Assembly: GCF_021869535.1 (NCBI RefSeq)
Contig: NW_026262723.1
Span: 80,786,001-80,850,000 of the forward strand
Source of the DNA: Mytilus californianus
Lineage: Eukaryota
Length of the DNA: 64,000 nucleotides
Direction: 5' to 3'
The notes beneath the pieces are model-generated. The model was not told where the DNA came from, made no database searches, and saw only the letters and a list, made by a program, of their open reading frames with translations. The number at the start of each line of letters is the position of its first letter. Positions within the stretch are counted from its first letter, which is position 1. A program made the position numbers and the translations under genes. This document shows positions 48,544 to 62,829 of the stretch, piece by piece.

Positions 48544-50449
48544 TAACGATATCTCACTAGTTCGGTAAAGATCATCCATATAGTTTTAAAAAAATTAAAA
48601 TTTTATATCTCATTGGGTTTAAAGGAAATCTACGGGGTCGGCTTCTATGACGTTCAATTATTTCTAAATTAGAAGTCTATGGAAAAAGCTCTCCAAATCA
48701 TTTTTCTATTAAAATTTCAGTAGAGTTGATTCATTCCTTTCGAAGTATAAACAAATTGGAAATTAGAGAATTAAACATAAGAATTCCTGCTGCTCCATGC
48801 TTTCGCGCAGTTTCGCCAAAATGAACTATAATATGAACTTTTATTCTTGCATTAATAAACCAGACGGAAACCATACGTGGAGCAGGATCTGTTTACCATG
48901 TAACTATTAAATGAGCACCTGAGATCATCCCTGGTTTTTGTAGGAGGTCTTGTTGCTCAATCTCTGTTTTTCTGTGTAATGTTTTGTACATTTTGTCTAT
49001 TCATCGTGTGTTTTTTTTTTATTATCATGGTATTTCGTTTTTCTTTGGGTTTCTTAGTTTCCTGTTAGTATCATCTATCATTTTTTTCACTGACGGACCT
49101 TAATGCCATTTCCTTTGCGATTAGCAATCTGTGATAACGAATTAATCCGTGATTACGAATTAAAAACATCTGTATTAATAGATTCCTCAGATTCGTTATC
49201 TCTAATTTAAATCGTTAATTTATAATAACGACTTTAATCCGTTATCTTATTTAAACTATATTGTATCCACAGATTATTGAATGACGTTTAAGAAGTAAAT
49301 TGGAAAGTACATTTTTAGAAGACAGTCTTGATTTTATTACACCCTATACTAATATTACGGTAATTCTTTATTGCAGATGTTTTAAACAACGATTATTTAT
49401 GTGATGTATACCAATTTTCAAAAGATGTCAACGACTGGATATTCACAACTCAAAACTGCTCTGCAAAGTTGAGTTTTATTTGCGTTGGAGGTAAGGCTGA
49501 CATTGTTATACAGTTAACCATAAGATTTATAGTAATGTTATGAAATAAACATATGAGATTCGAAAAATACAATCAATTAAAGTATACCGCTTTCCTAAAA
49601 TGTCAATTAAAATATATCCTGAAATAAAACTACGATTTCAATTAAGAGATAAAATAGTTATCCTAGTCAGGTATATGATATATCCCATATCAACCACACA
49701 AATGTTCTCTGTAATTTAGCTTCAGAGGCAATTATTTTATAGTTGATGAGGACTGGATGTAGAACAAACACAAACAGGCAAACAATCTTTTTTACGACAC
49801 ACTGGTTCCATGTTTTATCCAATCTTATTTTCAGTCAATGCTGTGACTTTTATCTTCAAATTTGACAATCATTTATAATACGTCATTCGATTTTCTACAA
49901 CATGTTTTTTTACATTTTATTCGTCAGATAAACTTCAACCCTATACCATTATTAGTTCATGGCTTGTGGCAGATCATATATGCTCAAAGAAAGGCCAACA
50001 CTTATTACAGACTAAACAAATACTTGGTGATAAATTCAGGCAGAAAATAACAAATTATTGGATATCATTATTTCGTCGAAAAAAGTTTTCCTGGGGAGAA
50101 GGTAATTGTAAATAATGATAAGAAAATTTTTACAATTTATGAAATAGCTAACATAACTATAGGACAACTGAATCATCTTTGTTGTAGAAGGTAGGATATG
50201 TTATGCTCTCTGCTTATGCTGTCCGTCCGTCCTTGTGTCCGAAACAAATTATTTCCGTGGGATAATTTGAGTAACCCTAGCTAAATTGAAATGAAATTTG
50301 TACAGATTATTGATAATGGGAAGGAGGAAAAGCCTACTGATTTTCGGGTCATAAAGTCAAAAGTCAATGTTGAAATTATAAAAAAAAATTTTACTTGAGT
50401 TTCTATGGTTTGATCAGAATTAAATTTTTATTTACAGATGGAAAAAAGT

Positions 50450-52200
50450 AAAATAATAAAAATATCGAACTCCAAGGAAAATTCAAATCGGAAAGTCCCT
50501 TATCAAATGGCAAAATCAAAAGCACAAAAACATCAAACGAATAGAAAACAACTGTCATATTCCTGACTTGGTACAGGCTTTTCCTTATGTAGAAAATGGT
50601 GGATTAAACCTGGTTTTATAGCTAGCTAAACCTCTCACTTCAATGACAGTCGCATAGAATTCCATTATATTGACAACAATGTGTGAGCAAAACAAACAGA
50701 CATAATAGGTAAAAATGTAAAAAATTGGGGTACAGCAGTCAACATTGTGTTATAATTTTAATCACTATACAAACAAATAACTATTTGAACAAAGAAAAAC
50801 AAATTGGCATAAAGACACTATATAGACAAAGTACATCATCAAAAATGATAGACGAGAATACACAATTCACCAAAGCACAATAACACAATGGCGGGATGTA
50901 TAAGTACCGAGCCACGCCAAAAGTATATTACCAAAAATGAACTTAACAGTAAAGGTTAAAAATATACACGGTTAAATAAAAAAACCACTATAACACATAA
51001 TTAAGTTGATAAACAACGTCAGTACCTAGAATCTATACTTCAAAACCATCATGTATCATTTGTGAAGTTGATACGGATTCTTTATCAACAAAGTCTGCTC
51101 AGACACTGGTGACGTTTATTAAAGTCTGAGTAGCAGCTGCAAGGTCTTGAATACCGAATGAGTTGGGAAATGTATATCCCATATGCAGGTGAAGTTGGTA
51201 AATTGCTGCTAAGGTGGGGGAAATTGATAATTTCAAAATTAAAATCGTCTCGTTTGTCATAGATTCTGGTACTGAGATGACCGCTTATGTCAAATTCGAG
51301 TTATAACTCTTAAAATGGGGACAGAGGAAGCCGTGTCTGTTGTTTCTTTGATTTCTAGTCCTGGGGATATATTAATGGAACCCAATCAGAAAAGTTGATG
51401 GATTGTTAATGGAAAGAACATCATCAATATATCTGAATGTGAAATTAAATGATCTGGCCTATTTGACCTTCTTGTTCTTCACAAGTGTTTGAAGGAACTC
51501 CGACTCATATGAAAATAAGAAGAGGTTGGCAAGGAGAGGCGCACAGTTCATTCCCATAGGAATGCCGACAATTTTTTGAAAAAGTCTACCTCCAAACTAA
51601 ACAAATATGTTGTCAATAAGAAGCTCCAGCATACTGATCACTTGTCCCTCTGTGTAGCATGTTTTACCTTTTTGTTCACTATTAACAAAGTATACCGTAT
51701 GGTATCCCAAAGCAATAAATTCATAGCGTATGCTACCATTTTTATATTGAAAAGCATTGTGGATTATTTCTTTAAAAAGATTTTTCAATTTCATATTGGG
51801 AATGATAGTATTCAGGGTTGAAAAATCAAAAGTTTTGATAGAATTAGTTTCAGAGAAAGAACGAGATTGAGAATTATGCAGAAGTTCTTCAGAGTTTTTT
51901 ATAATCCACATTTGGTTAATAGCACTACGCAAGTAAACAATTTCACAGTATTTTTGAAGACCCTCTTTCACTGCGGACAGAAATTTTGTCAATCTAATGG
52001 ACAAATCCTTTGTAGAAAATGTAGATGAGCCGACAATGTACCGTTGTTTGTACGGAATTTTGTGAAGCTTAGGTATCCAATACAAACAAGGTAAGTTCTC
52101 AGATTTGCTGTTCAATGTAATGTTCATTGAAGCCATGAAGGAATTATGATTCACCAAAATCTAATCCTTGTCTAAAGATATGTTTTTGTATGTGGGATTA
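50450..52200 (-). mobile_element. Penelope-like element: RT (decayed, stop 51033-51035) plus ~580-bp family-B tail
   Basis: LP.LYWIPKLHK.PYK.R.I, IKTFDFST, GIPMG.NCAPLLA.LFL, FRYIDDVLSINN, HDGFEV*. Confidence 0.9.
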
Positions 52201-55200
52201 CCGGAGTGCTCATTTATTCCTAATTATTTTACAAGACACTCGTAGTAGTACGATTTACATATAGGGAAGTGAGAGAGGACTTTTTGATTTTGGGGTCAAT
52301 GAGTTAAAAATCTGGGTCACTGTTCCTAAAAATCTACTGTGTTAAGGTTGGGTTTATGATGGTAACTTTAGTATCCCTTTAGTTTATAACTAAACTTGTA
52401 AGGTTGGGAGATATAGAGAAAGGAAAGATTTTTATCGATTTCAATATCAAAGGTCTATGTCACAGCTTCTAAAAATAGACTGGAAATCAAAAATAAAATC
52501 TATTTGAACTACATAAAGCCTCTTGAATATGTCTTTTAAAGTTTCATGAACATTTTTACTAGGCATGTGCTTCCAGATCTCACGGGTTAGCTAGGGTCCT
52601 GTGAACTCCTGCCTTTAAAAAAGGCACAAAAGGGGTTTCTGTAAGTCTAGACTTTTGAAGAAGCATAAAAATTTGAGAGCTATATAAAGATTGAATAAAA
52701 ATCTTGAATCAGTATGTCTAGATGAAATCTCTTAAAACATAACCTTTTTGGAAATGTACTATTGCTATTGGGCATTTGCCACTCTGGGCAGATAGATTCA
52801 CTGAATAAATATCGACTGGAAAAGAAGGAACATGATGTATTGATCTACGACATTAAATCCTTACAGTAAAAGCAAAGGAAAGTCCTTGTATTGCTGTTCT
52901 TCATCTGAAAGACATTTTGAGGCCTGTAAAAATTGTACTTCCAACTTTTTAAAATTTATTCGCAAAATGATGAACCCTTTGAAAGTCAATATCTACAATT
53001 ATAAATGAAGTTTTATTTCTTGAAAACTCTTGTATTTGACATACTGTAATTAAAATTTAACTTCGCTTTTCGAATTATGAAGCCGTGAGATATTAACTCA
53101 ATCATACGCTGTATAACATTATTCTTAGTCTTAAGTTAACTACAAATTTTAGATATAAATCAGAATTTAGATAAAATTGAGCCTTATTAAATGTTAACAT
53201 TTTGCAATTCATTTTTGTTAATTTTTTCTTCCGTTTTCGATCATTCTAAAGGTCATGTGTAAATGTATATGTTAATTGAATATTTTGCAATGTTTAAGTG
53301 ATCAACAGGGAATGCTACTTGTTGAAAGTCACAAATGATGACCAAAATATATCATAGAACAATTACCATATTTCATTTTACTTACCATGTAATAATGTAT
53401 TATAGTTTTAACAAAGAAGTAATTCGAGATAAGAAATTTCTAAATTGATAAGTTTTACATTGCATTTTAAAAATCCATTGAAAGTGTATTATATGATTAG
53501 AAATCATCGCTCGTAGTTTTCGCCACTTTTCGTTCTTGTCACGAGAAGAGATTTATGAGGTTTCTATTGTTTACCTCAGAAAATCAAATAACAGACAATA
53601 AAGACATATTTAATCACAACCAGAGAACGAGTGGCTCATTTTCTTCTAGCAATGTCTATCTTTTGTTAGATGTTGTACTTTTAATGGTATTTATAAACGC
53701 AGAGTAAAATTTGAAATGTTTGAGATGAACATGTTACAGCATTCATCTTCAAAACAAGATTTCAGAAAATAATTGGGAAATATCAGAGAATGATATAATT
53801 TATTAAAAAACCCAGCACATCTTTGAGTGAAATTGAAAAGTCAAATTGACCTCTAAAATCCGGCGTATAAAACTGTAATCCTGATATCTATGGTGAGTTT
53901 ATTCATTACACTCAAAACAAGTAAACACTGAAACATCTCAAAATGACCAAACACAGTCCATTTTAAAACGCGCATTGGACATAATTTTAGTTATTTTAAT
54001 CATACTAACATTTTATCAACAGTTAGTGAATTATTTTGTAATGTTATAAATCCGTTACTTCATTACATGTTCAATGCAAAAACAGATTGATTTAATATTT
54101 AGAGCTCATTTCATGTTTGTTTTGTTTTGAAAATACAGTTACTTGTGTGTAAAATAATTTTAATGAAAGCTTACTGTAGGTCATTGATAGGACGCCAATG
54201 TATGAGGGCGTGACAAATTGTCACAAATGTCCAATCCGCTTTTCTATTGTACAAAGTTTGACGAGCGGTGGTACTTAAACAGTGTAAATAACATTGTCAT
54301 TAGCTTGATGCCATTGTTCAAGAACACCAAAGGGCTATAAACTATACTATAGTGACTGTGTCACCTGATTCAAAATAACATTGATTTAGAAAAAGTGCTT
54401 TGCAACCGCTGAGAAAAAGTTAAGTATAAGCCATGGACCTTGTAAACATGTTGTGAATCAAGGAACAGAAACAAAAAGTGAGGATGAACGAATGAAATGT
54501 ATTCTCATAAACTTATTACACAATTCCAAACACAAAAAGTATAATTTCAACTGTTTGAACAATACTTGTTTACTGACTTTTATTGACCTTTCAATGAAAG
54601 AATAGATTAAATATAATACAAGCCATTATGTGCCAACACAAAAAAAAAAAAAAAAATTGAGAGTCCATTTTACGGATATTTGACACTCGCTTCCCTATTT
54701 ACGAGATTATTTAAAAAAATCAGGAGCCTCCCGTTTTCGTAATCTGAATGCAAGTAATCATGTTTTTGGCCTTTGTGACGGTTCGTAGCTGACTAGTGAA
54801 CGAATGTCCGTAAATTGATATTTTGTTATTAACCCATAGTATTATTAGCTATGCTAAATAATGGTTCAAGTATTTTAAACTCTCTTTTCGTATAGGATAG
54901 AAACAATTATTCGTTAATCTGAGCATAGAATTCATACTATCATATTCTGTATAAATGTTATCCCATAAGAAGAAAAAATAAGATGAAATATTTTCCGGCA
55001 ATCAGTAAAAAATTGCGTTGCATGTTATAAAAAACAAGTGTCCTCGATAAATTGGAAACAAGTAGTAGTCCATCATGCATTGCATTGCATTCACTGGATT
55101 GGTCAATGTCCAAGAGAAAAACATTTAGTATTAAGTGTAGCAGTAATAAATTGGCGGAAACATAGTATTAATCCCTTTCTTCATGATTAAGTACCAGAAA

Positions 55201-55354
55201 CAAGTTAGCAAACTTAGAATAATGTTGAGTGCTCACGGCTCAAATGACTTCTTGGTTGGTTTTGATAAATAATTGGTTTCAACGGTCAGTGCAATGTTCA
55301 AAGAATTATCGAATGACTTCATTTTAGGTATTTCATTTATGACTTAGTCTTAGT

Positions 55355-55714
55355 GATGGGAGGATGGATGGATGGATGGACGGCTGTTTAACGTCCAGTG
55401 GCAGGTAAAATGAATATTCAGGACGAGAACATGATAATGTGATATAAATATAAACCCTGCCTTATACTGGACCGACACGCTGAGTTGGATTGTTAAGGTT
55501 CTAGTTCACAAGGAAACAATCCATGGGAAGACATGTCACCTTACCCGGACACACAAATCTGACTCCGACCCGACCAGTCTTTGATCTTACTCATAAATGC
55601 TGCGTGTTTCGCGGAAAAGCAGCAAATACCAATTTTCAAGTCTTTGTTTGACTCGGCCGGATTCGAACCCACGAACTCCCGCACTCGATGCTACCATGAG
55701 ACCCCCGCGGCGGT
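55355..55714 (-). mobile_element. tRNA-derived SINE with Meta-like core (RUDI/BivaMD-type)
   Basis: Reverse strand: accgccgcgg.. head, B box GGTTCGAATCC, core aaagacttgaaaattggtatttgctgc..agtaag..aaagactgg..gtgtccggg..gacatgtc, (ATCC)n tail. Confidence 0.8.
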
Positions 55715-56691
55715 AAGTGATGTAAGGAAGCTTAATATTTGGGAAATATTAATAAAACAGTACGATGTAATCGTAGGAATTGCAGAGGCGGATTAAGGAG
55801 ACAGGAAGCCGGCCCCTACATATATGGTTAATGCATAGACCTTGTATATGTTAATCTCCTAACGTTGCCCAGTCCCCCCTTTTCAAAATCATGGATTTGC
55901 ATCTGAATGGTATAAGTTTCCTTATTATTAGTATGTATGTAAAGCATATAATCGTTTAGTGGGGGAATTATATATTTGTTTATTTTCAGTTTAACTACAT
56001 AAATTTCAAAATTTTAGTTACAACTATATTTTATTCTACACTGGCACAGCAAATGCCCCTCTTTACATCAAATGCTACTTCATTGTGTGAAGTAATTATC
56101 TAAAACTTAAATGATCAAATAAATTAAAAAGAAATAATTGCCTTTAAGGTTGATCATCAGTACATATTTCCTCAGATATAATTTTCTTAAACTTTGCCAA
56201 AATGTAGATTTTACCGTGCTATTTTTCAAGCGATAAGTCATGCAATATTGCCCAATTTTGCATAGATTATTCATGAAAAACACTTTTTTTTGTGAATAAA
56301 AAGAAATCAATAAGTATAATTTTGAAATAAAATATGAGAAGATAGTTTTTATGATATGCTTAAAGAAATTAAAGATAAAAATGGTGTCACCGAGCTTGTT
56401 TTCTTGCTATAAGTAAAAAATGAAAATTTATTTAACAATCATTTATAAAATTGTTACTGATAAGTTATCTTCCCTTAAATGGCAAATTTAAAAAAATTGA
56501 TTCAAACACAAAAAATTATTTGGTAATTGTTATAACAGTCTAAAAAATGCAATAAACCACTTATTTTTCTTTAATTAAATAAACAGTATTACACATTAAT
56601 TGCCAATCTGTCTTAAAATTAGCGCGTTTGGCGTACAAAATAATTCTGGTATATATGTCATCTATGATGAGTTAATTTACCTTAATATGTA

Positions 56692-56904
56692 CTGTAGATT
56701 TGTTTATTTTGGTGAATTCTGATATTCGTGGATTTAGTAAAACTTGTACATTCGTTGCAATTTGATTTTGTGGATTTGCCAATTTGTAATCTGCTGAAGA
56801 GCCTTTAGAAAATAAATACTTCGTTTAACATTTTAATTTGCGGTTTACCTCAACCCACGAAAACCACGTAAACTGGTACCCCGCGAATAAAAATGAATCT
56901 ACAA
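56692..56904. mobile_element. Tc1/mariner-type MITE (TA|CTGTAGATT...)
   Basis: Imperfect TIRs ctgtagatttgtttattttgg / gcgaataaaaatgaatctaca with cgtgg/ccacg submotifs. Confidence 0.55.
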
Positions 56905-57174
56905 ATTTAAAGTCAGTTTAATTTCATGTTTTCGCTATATCGGAATATTTGAAAAGGCTATTCTGACTATCAGGACCCAGTAATTAATATAATAATATCT
57001 GCTTTGGTAACCTTATTAGCGAACGATTAAGGTTACTATTTTTATTTGATGATTCTTCTACTTTGATATTGTTTCATTTTTTAGACATTTTGAAGTTGTT
57101 GATATTCACAAAATAACATTAACGATACCAATTTTATTGCACCAATAATTTTCAACCTATTTTGATTTTGTTAT

Positions 57175-57562
57175 TATGGCACCCTCAACGGAGTTGGGGT
57201 GACATATTGCTATTCTACGTTTCTTTTTTTCTTTTTTTTTATTTTCTTCCACTTTTTTTGTCCAGCTTATATCTCGGAATTGTATGGTCCAATGTTAATG
57301 GAACTATACCATCATGTTAACCAGCATGTGTAGATGTGCAATCGGGGTATGGCATTTTCAAGATGGCCGCCGTTACCATGGAAACAGCAAACATGTAAAA
57401 AATTTCAAAATGCTCCAATCTCAATGAAACATTACAATAATGTTAATTGGCATGTGTAGATGCCCTCTTTGACTTTGGAATTTTCAAAATGGCTGCCGTT
57501 ACCCTGGCAATGGGGGAACGAGGGTGCCATCCGTTATTGCTAGCAATTACAAATCTAGTTAA
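57175..57562 (+). mobile_element. HINE-like element
   Basis: 5' hairpin caccctcaacggagttggggtg, ttc tract, two caa(g/a)atggc(c/t)gccgttacc repeats, end gctagcaattacaaatctagtt. Confidence 0.6.
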
Positions 57563-58499
57563 TTTTGTTTTTGTTTCAAATCTAACTTTAAATCAGTTTC
57601 AATCATATCAAATTCTGTAAAGTTGATAAATGTGCTTCGGATTCATGGAAACTGTAAGTAATCAATAGGATAGCCGCTAACTAAGAACATATTTTATAGT
57701 TATTCTTTACAATTAAGAAACATCAAATCCTACAACTTCATTGGTTAAGAGCACTTACTATATTCTTAAGTATAATGCTAAATTTTGCATAAGACCTGTA
57801 AAATGCAGCTGTTTCGTTGGTTTGAAATACGAAGAGTGACGGATCGCAACAGTCGAATTTAGAATTGTACTTACTTCTCTTTGGAATCTGTGTTTCAATA
57901 TACATGTATATCCATTAACAACATAGTATGTTCGCAATAACTATGTATTAGAATAATCAATTGGGAGCACTCCGAATACACTGATCAAATGTAACACGTA
58001 TGTTATTAGATAGTCCTACAACATGACCTCGGGGAAATATTTATTTTTCTATTTGTTTTCTGTTACTTTCTTTTTACTTTTTTTGCAATTTGTTAATTTA
58101 TTTTCTATTTACTGTTTTTCTATAAATTACAATGGTCCGTCCGAGGTCATGGTGGACGTGTCAAAAATCGAGCAGCAAACTTTTTTTCTTCAAATTAGCA
58201 TGTTTACTTTAATTATAAATGTTTACAATCCTACTAACAACTAAAATTTCGACAATTTTTTATTTAAATGAAATTAGATCACAGTGTAAAAGATAAACAT
58301 GAAGCTACCTTTTCGTGCAAATTTTAAATTGGCATATAAAAAACGAATTTAACAATTTTAATCCTAAACGTATTTATACTTTGTGTTTCGTTAATCCAAC
58401 AAGATGTCCATAAGCGTAAAATTCTTATTTTTACATGTCTATAAGCTAAAAACTTTGTTTAAATTTTTGGAGCCTGTCATCATAAAGTATGTTCATACT

Positions 58500-59450
58500 G
58501 GTGAAAATTTAAAAGGTAAAACATGCTACACAGAGGAACAAGTGATCAGTATGCTGGAGTTTCATATTGCCAACATATTTGTTGAATTTGGAGGTAGACT
58601 TTTTCAACAAATTGTCGGCATTCCTATGGGAACGAACTGTGCGCCTCTCTTTGCCGACCTCTTCTTAATTTCATATGAATCGGAGTTCCTTAAGACACTT
58701 GTCAAAAACAAGAAGATCAAAGAAGCCAGATGATTTAATTTCACATTCAGATATATTGATGATGTTCTTTCCATCAACAATCCAAACTTTTCTGATTGGG
58801 TTCCGTTAATATATCCCCCGGGACTAGAAATTAAAGAAACAACAGACACGGCTTCATCCGTCTAATTTTTAGACTTATACCTCGAATGTGACATAAGCGG
58901 TCATCTCAGTACCAGAATCTATACCAAACGAGACGATTTTAATTTTGAAATTATCAATTTCCCCCACCTTAGTACCAATATACAATTTCACCTGCATATG
59001 GGATATACGTTTCCCGCAATTGAGTTATTGTGTTATGGTCATTTTTTGTATTCTTGTCTTTCATTTTTGCTTATGTGCTTTGTCTATATGCCAGTTTGTT
59101 GAAATAGTTATTTGTTTTTATAGTGATTAAGATAATATTACAATGTTGACTGCTATACCCCAATATTTGACATTTTTACCTATTATGTCTGTTTGTTTTG
59201 TTTACACATTGTTGGCAATATAATGGAATTTTATGCGACTGTCATACAAGTGAAAGGTTTGGCTAGCTTTAAAACCAGGTTTATTCCACCATTTTCTACA
59301 TAATGAAATGCTTGTACCAAGTCAGGAATATGACAGTTTTTTTCTATTCGTTTGATTTGTTAGAGCTTTTAATTTTGCCATTTGATAAGGGACTTTCCGT
59401 TTTGAATTTTCCTTGAAGTTCGGTTTTTTTTGTTATTTTACTTTTTTCAT
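58500..59450 (+). mobile_element. Penelope-like RT fragment joined to family-B tail
   Basis: GIPMGTNCAPLFADLFL, FRYIDDVLSINN; internal deletion before the tail. Confidence 0.85.
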
Positions 59451-61304
59451 ATCATGGCGAGATGATGTCAAACTCCCAAACCCGAGGATACAATATAAAT
59501 GTGAGTGATGAATATATTATGTCTTTAGAAGATTTTCAAGCCGTCAAATGTCACGTGAATTTATCAAGTATCAATAAGATGTTATGAAAAAAGTCAAAGT
59601 CTAGAAAGTCAAATTTACCTATGACCCTGACCTCAATTTCAAGGTCCCAAGGCAACGATCTAAGATACTCCTATGTTTGCAAAAGGAATTTTATAATAAT
59701 TATTGTTGTATTAGACTCTCCAAGGAGAAAACCCCTATTAAAAAATCTTTCGAATAGTTGATTAAGTCTTTAATAACATTATAATAAAATTTTTTGGTTT
59801 TGTGAGTTGTAGCAAAAACAAAAGTTTAAGTTCCCTGGTCAATTATTCTTGTATATACTGAACTGCTGAACGCTAGTTCAAAGTCCAATTTAAAAACCGT
59901 TTAATACATCATGTTTTTCCCAGACTAAAATATCAATCAAATAACAGATTTAGTTTGAACATAATATAATCATCATACATAGTACAATGTATGAAAAAAG
60001 CAGGACCTTGTTGATTTTATCTTCATTCAGAAGCTTGTCATAGCCTCATTCCCCTCCTCGTTCCCTCAAATGTGACATCACAGAATGAGACTAAATGTGT
60101 ACTGACTATGATCAACATTGAGGGTGCAACATATGGAGCTGGATTTGTTCCACTTTTGGAGTACCAGAGTTCAACCCAGTTTTTTTGGTACGGTTCGTGT
60201 TGCTCAATGTTTTTTTCGGTGTAGTTTTTTCTAGACATGTGTTTGGGTTTTTTTGGCAATATGATATTGTCGTTCTCTCTTGTACTTGTGAGTTTTTATT
60301 TATCCTTTCACAACTTCTCCCTCTTACGCCTTAAACAGTGTATGCAATATAACTCGAAATTAACACACGAATTCTTAGTATGCTGCATCCTAATGAGAAC
60401 TACACAAACTTCCTGCTACTTTTAGGGTTCTACACATGTATATGTTTCAATTACATTGAGCTTCGTCTGGCAAATAGATAAAACTGATAAATTTTTTAAA
60501 GAATGGCAAAAAAAAACCCATTTTAGCAATGCAGTGAAATTACATATAAATCCTTAGCCAGCAAATTCCATCGTTCATAGGATGAATAAGTGGTTTTTGC
60601 GTTCAATTGAAATTTGAAATTTCTTTCCCCCTTTGAATGGCTTGTTCAACATTTACAACATATATGTAAACAGTTGTTATTTATATTGTTTTTCTAATCT
60701 AAAAGTTTGTGTTGGCTAATAGTTGTAGCAAGGCTGTTAGTATGATCCCCGGGAGTATGTATTGTACCTACTAGTATAAAAAGAAGATACAAATACTTTA
60801 TATAAGTTAAAACACAGAAAAAAATATACATGTGTAACACATGTACATGTATTACTTGGTTATGTGGCAAATATCTATAACATTATTTGGTAACTTACTT
60901 CACCAATAGAATCCTATGACAAATTGGTATCAGAGTTAATAAATGTGATCCAGACTTAGAGATTGAAATTGATAGATACTCTTTTTGATAAAGACATTAC
61001 AGTTTGCTGCAACTGAAAATTACATGCCGATTGGATAATGTCAACAAAAAATATACCAGTGTGTTTCTGATTACATGTTAAAACGTTTGGGTAGGTGGGT
61101 GGTTTTATTATGTAAGTTTATTGGATTCAGAGAGACAGTCAGTTCTTGTTATAAGATTATCATTAGTATTAAGGGTAGGCACTAAACATTAGGGTTGATT
61201 GGGTAAGGGGAAGCAGTGAAGCATATTTGTTTTGGTCTAGCTTTGAAAAAAGATCAAAGTTCTAGTATCTTAAAAGTAACATACTGCAATAATAGGCTTT
61301 ATCA

Positions 61305-61765
61305 AAATAAGGAGATACGGTATGATTGCCAATGAGACAACTATCCACCAAAATTAAAATGAAGTGGATGTAAGCAATTATAGGCAACCGTACGGCCTTC
61401 AACAATGAGAAAACCCTTACCGTATAGTCGGCTATAAAAGGCTACGACATGAATAATATGAAACAATTCAAATAAGAAAACTAACTAATTTATAACAAAA
61501 CAATTTACGAAAAACAAATATACCAGACATGAACCAACGACAACCACTGAACTACAGGCTCCTGACTTGGGACAGGCACATAAATAAAGAATGTGGTGGG
61601 GTTAAACATGTTTGTGAGCGATCAACCCTCCCCTAACCTGGGACAGTGGTGTAACAGCACAACATTAGAACAAAATATGAATATCAGTTGAAAAAGGATT
61701 AACTCATCAGACCGATACAAAGAAAAACATCAAACAAAAACACAGATATGACGTGGCAGGGTATA
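61305..61765 (+). repeat. Family-A repeat copy
   Basis: ggtatgattgccaatgagacaactatccacc.. Confidence 0.8.
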
Positions 61766-61936
61766 TATCTATCCCTTTAATTATTTGTTTGTATCACTTA
61801 TTGCATATATTGACCTGTATACTAAAAGTGCTAAATAAAAATGGCTAATAAACTGAATCACGTACACATTAAATCAGGTTTTGTTACTTGTCGGGTTACT
61901 GGAAACACATCATCTGTTATTAACATGTAGTATAAA

Positions 61937-62517
61937 TTTTAGTCTTAGATGCATGATTTTTTTTATTAGTTGTTATTTGCTTTGAACTAGCTGTCAGTAA
62001 CTGCGAGTACTCTCAGATCTGTACTTAGTGTCATTTTGTTGTGGGGATGTATAAGTACCCGTCCACGTCTACTCTGTGTTTTTGTTCGATGTTTTTCTAT
62101 TTGTATCCATCTGATGAGTTAAGCCTTTTTCAACTGATTTTTATAGTTTGTTCTTATGTTGTACTGTTACACCACTGTCCCAGGTTAGGAGAGGGTTGGC
62201 GCCTTCAAATGAGTTTAACCCCGCCACATTATGTGCCTGTCCCAAGTCAAGAGCCAGTTATTCAGTGGTTGTCGTTTGTTGCTGTGTAACACATTTGTTT
62301 TTTGTTCATTATTTTGTACATAAATTAGGCCGTTAGTTTTCTCGTTTGAATTGTTTTACATTTGTCATATCGAAACCTTCTATAGCAGACTATGTGGTGT
62401 GGGCTTTGCTCATTGTTGAAGGCCGTACGGTGACCTATAGTTGTTAATTTCTGTGTCATTTGGTCTCTTGTGGAGAGTTGTCTCATTTGCAATCATATCA
62501 CATCTTCTTATTTTTAT
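61937..62517 (-). repeat. Family-A repeat copy, near full length, inverted relative to 61305
   Basis: tttagtcttagatgcatg..gcgagtactc..cacatcttcttatttt. Confidence 0.8.
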
Positions 62518-62829
62518 ACAAGTACACAACAAATGTATATTATTCACCTGATCTGTTTAAATTTTTTTACTTCAGCAACTTTAGCATTAAAACAGGGGCA
62601 TCACAGTAGATACTGCAGTACTTGTCTACCTTCTAGTTTGCGACAAGGGTTAATGGATAGGGAGGAAAGGAAGAAAATATTATTGTTTTGCTCCTTCCTT
62701 ACTTTCTAGTGAAATATTGGTAGTTTAACATGGCAACTTTGTCTTATTTTTTCTTTTGTATATATATTAAAATATCTGCTTCTATATTGTTTTGATACAT
62801 TGTGCATGTAGATAAGACCGATAAGACTA

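Noticed and set aside
52743-52922. Exon-like minus-strand segment (..SKCLSDEEQQYKDFP..)
   Set aside because: AG/GT bounds exist but every frame has a stop and no partner exons were found.
55640-55714. tRNA gene
   Set aside because: B box is present but the A box and D arm are degraded, and it continues into a SINE core and tail.
56148-56612. TTAA-flanked Kolobok-like MITE
   Set aside because: TTAA occurs at both sides but the termini show no convincing inverted match.
56620-56680. Sequence resembling the 3' side of a hammerhead-bearing Mytilus repeat (gcgcgtttggcgtacaaaat..ctatgatgag)
   Set aside because: The CTGATGAG..GAAAC core is absent; at most a truncated remnant.
62105-62140. CTGATGAG as a hammerhead ribozyme core (also reverse strand near 61700)
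   Set aside because: No stem II followed by GAAA, so the catalytic core cannot be assembled.
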